Positions 1-9,281 of a DNA stretch of 64,000 nt are shown here, piece after piece; positions within the stretch are counted from its first letter, which is position 1, and each line of letters starts with the position of its first letter. The DNA comes from Candidatus Calescibacterium sp. (GTDB lineage Bacteria > Calescibacteriota > Calescibacteriia > Calescibacteriales > Calescibacteriaceae). A program made the translations under genes and the position numbers. The notes beneath the pieces are model-generated. The model searched no databases, was not told the origin of the DNA, and worked only from the letters and a program-made list of their open reading frames with translations. Location: contig JANXBU010000005.1 in NCBI GenBank assembly GCA_025060505.1, positions 86,910 through 150,909 on the forward strand. Reading direction: 5' to 3'.

Positions 1-299
1 TTTATGAGATAGTCAAAAACAGAAACTTTTATCGCTCTTACAGCTGAATCCAAAGAAGGATACTCAGTCATAAGTATTATAGCAGATGTCGGATTACTTT
101 CTCTTATCTTTTCAGCAAGCTCAAGAACGTCTATCTTTGGTATGGAGAGATCAAGAATATATATATCATATTTCTGATTGTATGAAATAACATTCTGTGC
201 ATTACTCTCAGTATCTACCTTAAAACCTTCTTTTTCTAAAACATTTTTTGAAACTTCAAGTATTTCCCTTTCATCATCAACTATGAGAATGCTTTTCAT
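1..299 (-). CDS. Response regulator receiver domain protein (5' part; gene continues beyond window start)
   Basis: Reverse-complement of 265-299 reads ATG AAA AGC ATT CTC ATA GTT GAT GAT GAA = MKSILIVDDE, followed by ...DIYILDLSIPK..., the CheY-like receiver signature. Not in the ORF track because it has no in-window stop. Confidence 0.6.
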   Translation of the reverse strand, partial: MKSILIVDDEREILEVSKNVLEKEGFKVDTESNAQNVISYNQKYDIYILDLSIPKIDVLELAEKIRESNPTSAIILMTEYPSLDSAVRAIKVSVFDYLI

Positions 300-423
300 C
301 TCCATTCATTCAATTATCTAAATTATAAGACAATTTTCTAATTAAACTTTTCGATGCGCTGGAAAAAAAAGTCTGAATATACCGCTTTTTGTATCAATAT
401 TTTTTTAATTTGATAAAATTTGG

Positions 424-1488
424 TTATTTGAACTTTATACGAACAATATCCCTGTGGTTCAATTTGTAATCTCTGCCAACGGTTCTGAAAACTCCGTTCT
501 TGTAAGCTTCTGAATCACTTGGGTATTTTATATATTCGTAGGCGCTTGCAACATCTGCCGAAATAAAGCCTTTTTGTATATCAGAGTGAATAAATCCAGC
601 AGCTTCATAAACAGAAATTCCAGACTGTGCAATCCAGCTCCTGAGCTCTTTACCTTCAAATCCTGTGTAGTAAACTATCACATTAGCAACACTAAGCACC
701 GCATCTGTAATATGATGTCTGAGCGGAACTATACCCTCTTGCAGAAGATCGCTTTCTTCGAATTCAAGTTCCATCTGAGCATCACAAACCAGAACTTTAG
801 GTACAGAAATACCAGAGACCAGCTCACTCCATCTATCTCTTGCCACATCAGTGTTCAGAATTACAAACCAAGGCTTTGAGCAAATTATCTCTAAATCTTT
901 CAGATCTACTTTTGATTCCTCAGATGTCAGATCCAAGGAAAACTTACCATATTTAAAAAAATCATCAACTGCTTTCTTCATCTTCTGGATGATTTCAATT
1001 TTGACTTTAGCTTCCTTGTTTCCAGTGATAGCTGGCTTCTTGAGTTTTTCTTCCGCTCTTGAAAGTATCTCAATATCTTTCATAGCAATCTCGTATCTCA
1101 AGGTTTCAAAGTCTCTTTTTATATCATCAGCTCCTTCAATGTGAGGAACAGATTTCAAGTATCTCAGAACATAAATTACTATGTCAAGAGGTCTTATATA
1201 TGAGAGAAATTCATTTCCAAGACCCTCACCCTTGTGAGCTCCTCTTACAAGTCCAGCTACATCAACTATCTCAAGTGCTGGATACTTTATTTCAGATGAT
1301 TTCATAACTTTTGCTATCCTTTCAACTATGTCATCAAACATTATCATCACACCATGATTTTTGTCTTTTGTAGTAAACGGATAAGGTGCCACCTCTGCTG
1401 ATGACTTTGTGAGAAGATTGAATATAGTAGTTTTACCACTTGATGGAATCCCAACAAGTCCAGCTCTTATTCTTTCACCAAATATCAT
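424..1488 (-). CDS. ychF: Ribosome-binding ATPase YchF/Ola1 (Obg-family GTPase with C-terminal TGS domain)
   Basis: 354 aa. G1 P-loop GIPSSGKTT, PYPFTT switch motif, DxxG region, C-terminal TGS-like ...GRDYKLNHRDIVRIKF. Confidence 0.9.
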   Translation of the reverse strand: MIFGERIRAGLVGIPSSGKTTIFNLLTKSSAEVAPYPFTTKDKNHGVMIMFDDIVERIAKVMKSSEIKYPALEIVDVAGLVRGAHKGEGLGNEFLSYIRPLDIVIYVLRYLKSVPHIEGADDIKRDFETLRYEIAMKDIEILSRAEEKLKKPAITGNKEAKVKIEIIQKMKKAVDDFFKYGKFSLDLTSEESKVDLKDLEIICSKPWFVILNTDVARDRWSELVSGISVPKVLVCDAQMELEFEESDLLQEGIVPLRHHITDAVLSVANVIVYYTGFEGKELRSWIAQSGISVYEAAGFIHSDIQKGFISADVASAYEYIKYPSDSEAYKNGVFRTVGRDYKLNHRDIVRIKFK

Positions 1489-1593
1489 AAAGCTTTATTT
1501 TGCCTACCTTTATTTGAAATCAAAATAAGCCAAAATTACATAATCGAAATCTACATCTATCTATAAACTTTACGAAATTGCGATTAAAATTAT

Positions 1594-2334
1594 ATGATGG
1601 CACAAAAAATAGCTCTGATATCTGATATACACGCGAATCTTGAAGCACTTGAAGCAGTTCTTAAAGAGATAGAAAAACACAAGCCAGATAAGATAATATG
1701 TCTTGGAGATATAGTAGGATATGGAGCTAATCCAAGAGAATGCATTGATCTTGTTAGAAAAAACTGCGATGTAGTTCTTCTTGGAAACCATGATGAAGCT
1801 GTTTTTTCACCTGAGATCACAGATGCTTTTGTTGAGCATGCCAGATACTCAGCAGAATGGACAAGAGCTCAACTTACCGAGCAAGACATAGAATGGCTCA
1901 AAACACTTCCGTACACATATCAAGAGGGAGATTACTTCTTCTGTCACGGAGCTCCGTATTCTCCCGAGGACTACATATACCTTGTTACGAAAGAGGCTGG
2001 ATATTGGTCATTGAAATTTCTACAATCAATTCGGGCAAAAGCGAGTTTATCGGGTCATGCTCACATAACATACATATTCGGTTTTGATTTAAATGGGAAC
2101 TTTGTAGTAGGCGCGCCAAGCGTAATAGATTTTTCCGATTTCCAGAATGTAGCGATAAACGTTGGAAGCGTTGGGCAACCACGAGATGGAAACCCAAAGT
2201 CAGCCTTCGGAATAATAGAGAACGGAAGATACATAGCTCTTAGAGTTCAGTATGATATTGAAAAAGCATCAAGAAAAATAAAAGAGGCAGGTTTGCCAAA
2301 AATCCTTTACGAAAGACTATTTGTTGGAAGGTAG
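1594..2334 (+). CDS. Calcineurin-like metallophosphoesterase (YfcE / diadenosine-tetraphosphatase family)
   Basis: 246 aa. SDIHAN..., GDIVGYG, GNHDE and CHGAP motifs, typical of the metallophosphoesterase fold. Confidence 0.8.
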   Translation: MMAQKIALISDIHANLEALEAVLKEIEKHKPDKIICLGDIVGYGANPRECIDLVRKNCDVVLLGNHDEAVFSPEITDAFVEHARYSAEWTRAQLTEQDIEWLKTLPYTYQEGDYFFCHGAPYSPEDYIYLVTKEAGYWSLKFLQSIRAKASLSGHAHITYIFGFDLNGNFVVGAPSVIDFSDFQNVAINVGSVGQPRDGNPKSAFGIIENGRYIALRVQYDIEKASRKIKEAGLPKILYERLFVGR

Positions 2335-2408
2335 TACTATATATAACCTGCGCTCTGAAAATCCCAAAAATAATCATATGATCAAAACAAAGTTTAAGAA
2401 TAATAAAA

Positions 2409-3803
2409 ATGATCGTAACCAGGTTCGCACCTTCACCAACTGGTAGATTTCACATTGGTGTTGCAAGAACCGCACTCTTTTCGTTTCTTTGGGCGAAAAA
2501 GAACAAAGGAAAATTCATTCTCAGAATAGACGATACAGACAAAGAAAGGTCAAAGAAATCCTTTGAAGACGAAATTGAGAAATGCTTGAAATTACTCGGA
2601 ATTGAACCAGATGAAAAATTCAGACAATCTGAAAGATTTGGCAGATACAAAGAAGTCGTTGAATTTCTTCTTGAAAAAGGATACGCGTACAGATGTTACT
2701 GTTCTCCTGATGAACTTGAAAAATACAGAGAAAACGCTCTGAAAGCTGGTCTAAATCCGAAGTATCCAAAAACTTGTAGAAATCTTCAAACAAAAAAAGA
2801 TCTGCCTTATGCTGTTAGATTCAAAGTCCCTGATGACATATTTGAAGTAAAGTTTGACGACATCGTAATGAGAACCATAAAAGTTGAAACCTCTGAAATA
2901 GAAGATTTCGTTCTTATGAGGTCTGATGGAACACCTACATACAATTTAGCATCTGTTGTTGACGATTTTGACTACAAAATAACTGACATCATACGAGGAG
3001 CTGATCACATATCAAACACACCAAAGCAAATTCTCCTGTTTTCTATACTGGGAAGAGTTCCGAACTTTGCACATCTTCCCTTAATACTACCGGATGAAGG
3101 AGAAGGAAAACTTTCAAAAAGAGAAGACTTTTCAAGCTCAATATATGTCTACGACCTTATTATGAAAGATGGATTTCTCCCAGAAGCGATTGTAAACCAT
3201 CTTGCAAGACTCGGATGGGCTTACGGAGATAAAGAAACTTTTTCTATTCAAGAACTTATTGAACTGTTTGACATAACAGAGGTCAACAGCTCTCCCGCCA
3301 GATACAACTTCAAGAAACTATATTGGCTAAACTCACACTGGATAAAAACTTTAACAGATGAAGATATTTTCACAAGACTACGTGACTTTATTCCAGATGA
3401 AATCAAAAAAACCTTTGATGAGAAAAAATACAGCATTCTCAAAATCATACCACAGATAAAAATAAGGGTAAGAACTATGATTGAGATGAGAGATATGGTT
3501 ATACCCATTTTGCGTTTTGATTCATATGATCAAGAAGGTGCAAAGAAGTTTTTCAATCAAACTGGTAAAATGATACTCCTGGATTTCAAAAGATACATTG
3601 AGTCAGGAGATGGTAGATTTGAACCATTCTTGAAGGAAGCATCTGAAAAATATGGAGTCAAGACCGCAGATGTTGCCCAGACCATAAGATTAGCAATTTA
3701 CGGAAAACTTGTAAGCCCTCCGCTTTCTGATGTTATAGCTGCAATAGGCAAAGATGAAGCAATAAAGAGAATTGAAATGGCTATCAATAGTATCTCAGAT
3801 TAG
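2409..3803 (+). CDS. gltX: Glutamyl-tRNA synthetase
   Basis: 464 aa. N-terminal RFAPSPTGRFHIGVARTALF (class I HIGH region), KLSKR (KMSKS motif), a Cys-rich C-Y-C...C segment in the zinc-binding position, C-terminal anticodon-binding region. Confidence 0.9.
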   Translation: MIVTRFAPSPTGRFHIGVARTALFSFLWAKKNKGKFILRIDDTDKERSKKSFEDEIEKCLKLLGIEPDEKFRQSERFGRYKEVVEFLLEKGYAYRCYCSPDELEKYRENALKAGLNPKYPKTCRNLQTKKDLPYAVRFKVPDDIFEVKFDDIVMRTIKVETSEIEDFVLMRSDGTPTYNLASVVDDFDYKITDIIRGADHISNTPKQILLFSILGRVPNFAHLPLILPDEGEGKLSKREDFSSSIYVYDLIMKDGFLPEAIVNHLARLGWAYGDKETFSIQELIELFDITEVNSSPARYNFKKLYWLNSHWIKTLTDEDIFTRLRDFIPDEIKKTFDEKKYSILKIIPQIKIRVRTMIEMRDMVIPILRFDSYDQEGAKKFFNQTGKMILLDFKRYIESGDGRFEPFLKEASEKYGVKTADVAQTIRLAIYGKLVSPPLSDVIAAIGKDEAIKRIEMAINSISD

Positions 3804-3888
3804 CTCCTTACAAATTTTCCGAAATCATAAATTAAATGATCCTATTTTTTTATTTTATTATCTTTTGAAAACTAATTTTGATTCCTTG

Positions 3889-6726
3889 ATGGGATTTTTT
3901 GACAAATTCGTCGCAAAAGTCTTTGGCACCGCAAACCAGAGATACCTAAAAAGAATAAAGCAAAGATACCTTGAAGAAACTTTATCAGCAGAACGAGAGT
4001 TTGACAAACTACCAAATAAAAAGATAAGAGAGATCGCCATTGAGTACATTAAGAAGGTAAGAGAAGACAAAGTTGCTCCCGAGAGCATTTTGCCTGAGTA
4101 CTTTGCCTTAGTTCGTGAAGCGGCAAAGAGAACCATAGGAAAAAGACACTTTGATGTACAGATACTCGGTGGCATTGTTCTTTTTGAAGGAAAGATAGCG
4201 GAGATGAAAACCGGTGAGGGAAAAACTCTTGTAGCAACTTTGCCTTTAGCTCTGACTGCGCTTGAAGGAAGGGGGTGCCATCTTGTAACCGTCAACGACT
4301 ACCTTGCAAGAAGAGATGCTATGTGGATGGGACCAATTTACAAATTTCTTGGACTTGAAGTTGGAGTTATAAACCATCTTGAAGTCTCGTATACAGTAGA
4401 TTGGCAATTTCCAGATCTATTTCAGAAAGCGATTGAAGATGATGTTAGAGCTTGGCCTGCGGACAATATAATAAACGATCCGCTACCACAGGAAAAAATA
4501 AATATGTCAGCTATCGGAGCCTTTCAGACAACACTAATAAAATCAACAAGAAAACAAGCTTACCTCTGTGATATAACCTATGGAACAAACAACGAATTTG
4601 CGTTTGATTACTTGCGAGACAACATGAAATACTCCTTGGATGAGATCAATCAGAGAGAGCTTTACTATGCAATAGTTGATGAGGTTGACTCAATACTGAT
4701 TGATGAGGCACGAACACCGCTTATAATATCTGGACCAGCTGAAGAAGATGTTTCTCTTTACTACAAAGTCGACAAAGTCGCGCGTGTTCTGAAACAGGGA
4801 GAAGACTTTGATGTGGATGAGAAATCAAAACAGGTTCTACTCAAAGAAAAAGGAATAGAAAAGGCAGAGAGATTTTTGGGAATCTCAAACCTTTATGACC
4901 CAGTTAATGTTGAAATTTTACATCATCTCATTCAATCTCTCAGGGCCCACAGGCTTTTCAGAAGGGATGTCGATTATGTTGTGAAGGACGGCAAAGTTGT
5001 GATAGTAGATGAGTTCACAGGAAGGCTGATGCCAGGAAGAAGATGGTCTGATGGACTCCACCAAGCAATAGAAGCAAAGGAAGGTTTGAAAATAGAAGCA
5101 GAAACACAGACTCTCGCTTCAATCTCATTTCAGAATTTTTTCAGAATGTACAAGAAGCTCGCAGGCATGACTGGAACTGCTGAAACAGAAGCTCTTGAAT
5201 TCAAAGAAATATACAATCTTGATGTTATAGTTATTCCGACTCACAGACCCATGATAAGGGAAGACTATGATGATGTAGTTTATCTTACCGAGGAGGAAAA
5301 ATTTGAAGAGGTTATAAAAGAAATTCAGGAAAACTGGGAAAAAGGAAGACCTGTTCTTGTTGGAACAACTTCAATAGAGAAAAGCGAAAAGCTATCATCA
5401 ATGCTCAGAGCCAAAGGCATACCTCATCAGGTGCTGAACGCCAAAAACCACGAAAAAGAAGCATACATAATTGCTCAAGCTGGAAGATTGAAAGCTGTTA
5501 CAGTTGCTACAAACATGGCTGGAAGAGGTGTTGACATTATACTTGGTGGAAATGCTGAGATGCTCGCAAGACAGAAGGTCGGCTTTGATGCCACTCCTGA
5601 GGAGTTTGAAAAAGCTCTGAAAGAATTCGAGCAAATTTGTTCAGAAGAAAGAAAAAAAGTTGTTGAGCTCGGAGGATTACACGTAATAGGAACAGAGAGG
5701 CATGAGTCAAGAAGAATCGATAATCAGCTTCGCGGAAGATCTGGGAGGCAGGGGGATCCGGGATCATCAAGATTCTATGTATCTTTGCAAGATGATCTTA
5801 TGAGAATTTTTGGTTCAGACAGAGTTGCCCCACTTATGAAAAGGTTTGGTATGAAAACAGGAGAACCCATTGAACATAGATGGGTTACAAAAGCCATACA
5901 GAACGCTCAAAAAAGAGTTGAAGCTTATAACTTTGAAATAAGAAAACACCTTCTTGAATACGACAATGTTATGAACAAACAGAGAGAAACCGTTTATTCT
6001 CTCCGTAGGAAGGTTCTTTCAAGAGAAAACACAAGAGAGATAGTTTTTAATTTTATTGAAGATGTAATAAGTCATCTCACAGAAAAATATATGCCAAAAA
6101 AAGGAGAACCAGATCTTGATGGATTTGAAAAAGAGTTTTTCAGCATATTTGGCTTCAAACCAGAAAACATAGAAGAAAATCTAACAGAACTCGTTAAAGA
6201 AAAATATGAAAAAAGGTTTTCCGGATTGAATGATGATATTGTTCGCAGAGTTGAGCAGTTTATAATTTTGAACACCCTAGATACTATGTGGAGAAGACAT
6301 CTGTATGCTATGGATCAGCTCAGAGAATCTGTTAGTATGAGAGGGTACGGACACCTTGATCCACTTGTAGAATACAAAAAGGAAGGTTTCTCTCTGTTTT
6401 TAGATATGATAACAAAGTTCAAGATATCCACTATTTCAAAGCTCTTTATGATGAAGGTTGAGAGAGGAGAAGAGGAAGAAAAAGAGATTTCAGAAGCTAT
6501 GACAAACCTTTCAAGGAGAGCCCAGCGCATATCTCCTTATGCTTCTGTTGGAGGTTATCAAATTGCATCCGGAGGATCTGCAATACAAAGAACTCCAACA
6601 ATTGCAGGAACACAAACTACAGGAACCCAGAGGACATCTATTCAAAATAGAAAGGTTGGAAGAAACGATCTTTGCCCGTGCGGAAGCGGGAAAAAATACA
6701 AAAAATGCTGTGGAAGAGCTAACTGA
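3889..6726 (+). CDS. secA: Preprotein translocase ATPase SecA
   Basis: ORF 3772-6726. The conserved SecA N-terminus begins at MGFFDKFVAKVFGTANQRYLKR (ATG at 3889). DEAD-like motor motifs are present (GEGKTLVATL, DEVDSILIDEARTPLIIS). The C-terminus carries the SecA Zn-finger CPCGSGKKYKKCCG. The upstream 117 nt of the ORF overlap gltX and are not conserved SecA sequence. Confidence 0.9.
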   Translation: MGFFDKFVAKVFGTANQRYLKRIKQRYLEETLSAEREFDKLPNKKIREIAIEYIKKVREDKVAPESILPEYFALVREAAKRTIGKRHFDVQILGGIVLFEGKIAEMKTGEGKTLVATLPLALTALEGRGCHLVTVNDYLARRDAMWMGPIYKFLGLEVGVINHLEVSYTVDWQFPDLFQKAIEDDVRAWPADNIINDPLPQEKINMSAIGAFQTTLIKSTRKQAYLCDITYGTNNEFAFDYLRDNMKYSLDEINQRELYYAIVDEVDSILIDEARTPLIISGPAEEDVSLYYKVDKVARVLKQGEDFDVDEKSKQVLLKEKGIEKAERFLGISNLYDPVNVEILHHLIQSLRAHRLFRRDVDYVVKDGKVVIVDEFTGRLMPGRRWSDGLHQAIEAKEGLKIEAETQTLASISFQNFFRMYKKLAGMTGTAETEALEFKEIYNLDVIVIPTHRPMIREDYDDVVYLTEEEKFEEVIKEIQENWEKGRPVLVGTTSIEKSEKLSSMLRAKGIPHQVLNAKNHEKEAYIIAQAGRLKAVTVATNMAGRGVDIILGGNAEMLARQKVGFDATPEEFEKALKEFEQICSEERKKVVELGGLHVIGTERHESRRIDNQLRGRSGRQGDPGSSRFYVSLQDDLMRIFGSDRVAPLMKRFGMKTGEPIEHRWVTKAIQNAQKRVEAYNFEIRKHLLEYDNVMNKQRETVYSLRRKVLSRENTREIVFNFIEDVISHLTEKYMPKKGEPDLDGFEKEFFSIFGFKPENIEENLTELVKEKYEKRFSGLNDDIVRRVEQFIILNTLDTMWRRHLYAMDQLRESVSMRGYGHLDPLVEYKKEGFSLFLDMITKFKISTISKLFMMKVERGEEEEKEISEAMTNLSRRAQRISPYASVGGYQIASGGSAIQRTPTIAGTQTTGTQRTSIQNRKVGRNDLCPCGSGKKYKKCCGRAN

Positions 6727-6789
6727 TTGAAATTCAAGAAATTACAGCAAATATAATCAAAGAAACAAAAATATATTAACACAAAGATT

Positions 6790-8115
6790 ATGAAAACGGG
6801 AGAACAAAAAGGAAAATCTAGAAAGAAGACGCAGAAGAAAACCGAAGAACTTCTCAAGTTTTCAGAGAAGGAGAGCGAACAACAGGAACAGGTTAAAGAA
6901 AAAACCGAAGAAAAAAGCCTGAAGGCTGAGGAAATCAAAGAAGAAGTCAAGGAAAAAGTATTTGAAGAAGAAGTCAAAGAAAAAGCAAAAGAGAAAATAG
7001 AACAAGAGCAAAGGGAAGAGGTCAAAATTCAAGTATCCACTGTAGAGAAGAAAAGGGAAGAAAAAAAACCGCTTCTGGTTATAACCGGTGCTTGTGGTTT
7101 TATAGGCTCTTACGCTGTTGAAATTGCAAAGGAAGAGGGCTGGAGAGTTAGAGCTTGCGATCTGCCTTCTGCTTTTCGAGGTTCAGATGAGTTCGGTAGA
7201 GCAAGGTATCCAGAACTTGTAAAAAAATTAGCAGATGAGGTCGCTGAGGTTGATATAACCAAACCCGAAACTCTCGGAGGAGTTTTTGATGATGCAGACT
7301 ATATTTTCCATATAGCTGCAATACTGAAGTACGATGTTCCTTGGGAACTTCTGTACAATGTTAACGTCAATGGCACAAAAAATGTTTTTGAGGAAATTCT
7401 AAGGAGTAAAAATTCTTCTCTCAAAAAAATTGTCGTCTGGAGCACAAACGGTATATATGGTGTTCCAAAAGACGGTGAAGTAATAATGGATGAAAAATCA
7501 CCGGTTAGGCCTGTAACAAAATATGCATTGTCAAAATTTCTCGAAGAAAAAACAGCAATGATCTACCACAAAAAGTATGGAATACCCGTGACAATTATAA
7601 AGCCAACTGCTGTGTATGGTAAGCGCGAATCATATATGTTCTTCAAATACCTAAAAACAATAAGAGATTCAAAGGTAGTACTTATATTTTCTAATTTCGA
7701 TTTCTACTTTCCAAGCATTCATGCAGCCGATGTTGTTCGCGCAGCAATTCATCTCTCTAAAATCAAAAATACAGACGGAGAAGACTACATAGTTGATGAT
7801 GACAGTAAAAACACAGTAATAGATGTCATGAGATTTTTGGCTGAAACTTTTGACAAACCCTTCTACATCCTACCACCAGTACCAATACCAATCGCGAGAA
7901 TTGGGCTTATTTCTGTATCATATTTAATGAAATTTTTATCAGACAAATTCAGAATTAAGAAACCACTTGAAGAGGAGTTCTCTCTGATGTTCGGATACAG
8001 TATGAGATATTCAAACCAGAAACTTAAATCAACAGGATTTCGGCTAAAATATCCGAGATTTCAAGATGGAATGAGAGAAACAATAAAATGGTATCAGGAG
8101 GAAGGACTGCTATGA
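6790..8115 (+). CDS. NAD-dependent epimerase/dehydratase family protein with a ~95-aa Lys/Glu-rich N-terminal extension
   Basis: 441 aa. Residues 1-95 are KE low-complexity (KEEVKEKVFEEEVKEKAKEKIEQEQREE). They are followed by a Rossmann motif (LLVITGACGFIGSY) and an extended-SDR fold with the YxxxK region (YALSK). Confidence 0.75.
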   Translation: MKTGEQKGKSRKKTQKKTEELLKFSEKESEQQEQVKEKTEEKSLKAEEIKEEVKEKVFEEEVKEKAKEKIEQEQREEVKIQVSTVEKKREEKKPLLVITGACGFIGSYAVEIAKEEGWRVRACDLPSAFRGSDEFGRARYPELVKKLADEVAEVDITKPETLGGVFDDADYIFHIAAILKYDVPWELLYNVNVNGTKNVFEEILRSKNSSLKKIVVWSTNGIYGVPKDGEVIMDEKSPVRPVTKYALSKFLEEKTAMIYHKKYGIPVTIIKPTAVYGKRESYMFFKYLKTIRDSKVVLIFSNFDFYFPSIHAADVVRAAIHLSKIKNTDGEDYIVDDDSKNTVIDVMRFLAETFDKPFYILPPVPIPIARIGLISVSYLMKFLSDKFRIKKPLEEEFSLMFGYSMRYSNQKLKSTGFRLKYPRFQDGMRETIKWYQEEGLL

Positions 8116-8642
8116 GCGCGGAGATGACTTTTTTTGATCTTTTAAAGGTTCCAGAGTTCATACTGGAATCGCTAATGGTTTCCGGCAAAACACCAGATAT
8201 ACAAAAACTAATTGGATGGGAGTTCAGGGGACACAATGTTGGAATAATACCAAAAATGGGAAGAATACTTAAATTCAAGAAGGGATTCAGAAGATCCGGA
8301 GACGAAGTACACGGATACAATGTTCTTATAAAGCAAAATTCACCCGAAGAACCGTGGATAGCTCTACCATCTGAGATAAACCCAAAAAGACATGGATTTT
8401 ACAAAGTTTATCCAGCAAAATTCTCTCCGAAATACAACCACTATCCACATGCCCTTATGCTTGACTATGGTAAGGGAGGAAACCCTATATATGATCCATC
8501 ACAGTTTCTGCGCGATTACCTTGTGAAACCCTTCGAAGATAACGATGACTTATATCTTGGGAAGGCTTACGTCGAGTTATTTGGAAAGCTGATACCAGTT
8601 GGATACTTTGTTATAGAAAGGTATAACAAAGCTGAAATTTGA
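8112..8642 (+). CDS. Hypothetical protein, translationally coupled to the upstream epimerase
   Basis: The ORF track starts at 8088. The first ATG downstream is at 8112 (MSAEMTFFDL...) and overlaps the epimerase stop in an ATGA arrangement (stop 8113-8115). About 176 aa, no family recognised. Confidence 0.5.
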   Translation: MSAEMTFFDLLKVPEFILESLMVSGKTPDIQKLIGWEFRGHNVGIIPKMGRILKFKKGFRRSGDEVHGYNVLIKQNSPEEPWIALPSEINPKRHGFYKVYPAKFSPKYNHYPHALMLDYGKGGNPIYDPSQFLRDYLVKPFEDNDDLYLGKAYVELFGKLIPVGYFVIERYNKAEI

Positions 8643-8801
8643 TAATTGCTTCCCTGAATAAGCGATTTGCTTGACTCATATGCTGGTTTCAAAAACCATT
8701 CTCTCGCAGATAGCAAAAGGCAGAAATTGAACTCGAGAAACATTCAGAAATCTCTTATAAATGTAATACAAGTCATAATTGTTTTTGTTATTCTTCTAGT
8801 T

Positions 8802-9236
8802 TCATTTTCTTTTCAGTTCTCTACAGAGCTTTGCCATATATATAGCGTTTTCGGCAAAATCATAGCCCTTGTTTCCAAATTTTCCACCTGCTCTATCTAT
8901 TGCCTGATTAATGTTTTCAACAGTTAGTACTCCAAATATCACAGGTTTTTCTTTCTGAAGCGATACATCTACTATACCCTTGACGACACCGTCAACAACA
9001 GCTTCAAAGTGGTATGTTTCTCCCCTTATTATGCAACCAAGAGCAAGAATTGAGTCAAATCTATCTGCAATAATTTTGGCCACCACAGGAATCTCAAAGG
9101 CTCCCGGAACCTCAAATGTCTCATATTCTACAGATCTCTCCTCAAATTTTTTCTTTGCACCTTCATACAAAAGCTTTGTTACAAATTCATTGAAAGTCGA
9201 AAGCACGACTCCTATCTTTATGTTCTCCTCATACAT
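8802..9236 (-). CDS. ribH: 6,7-dimethyl-8-ribityllumazine synthase
   Basis: 144 aa. IGVVLSTFNEFVTKLLYEGA...FEVPGAFEIP...LGCIIRGETYHFEAV... matches the lumazine synthase signature. Confidence 0.85.
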   Translation of the reverse strand: MYEENIKIGVVLSTFNEFVTKLLYEGAKKKFEERSVEYETFEVPGAFEIPVVAKIIADRFDSILALGCIIRGETYHFEAVVDGVVKGIVDVSLQKEKPVIFGVLTVENINQAIDRAGGKFGNKGYDFAENAIYMAKLCRELKRK

Positions 9237-9281
9237 ATTCTCAATAATCGTATCAAAAAAATAATAATTAAACCTCTTTAA

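Noticed and set aside
3772-3888. The six-frame ORF for secA begins at 3772, inside gltX, which would give a 39-aa N-terminal extension
   Set aside because: The extension (MKWLSIVSQISSLQIF...) is not SecA-like and overlaps the gltX 3' end. The conserved SecA N-terminus starts at the ATG at 3889.
6642-7025. 127-aa minus-strand ORF antisense to the epimerase KE-rich tract, and similar antisense ORFs at 2450-2650, 3248-3508 and 3858-4295
   Set aside because: Low-complexity Ser/Phe/Leu translations produced by the complement of GAA/AAG-rich coding sequence. Embedded in well-supported genes.
8667-8927. 86-aa plus-strand ORF overlapping the 3' end of ribH
   Set aside because: No motif, hydrophobic junk translation. 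ribH on the opposite strand is clearly conserved.
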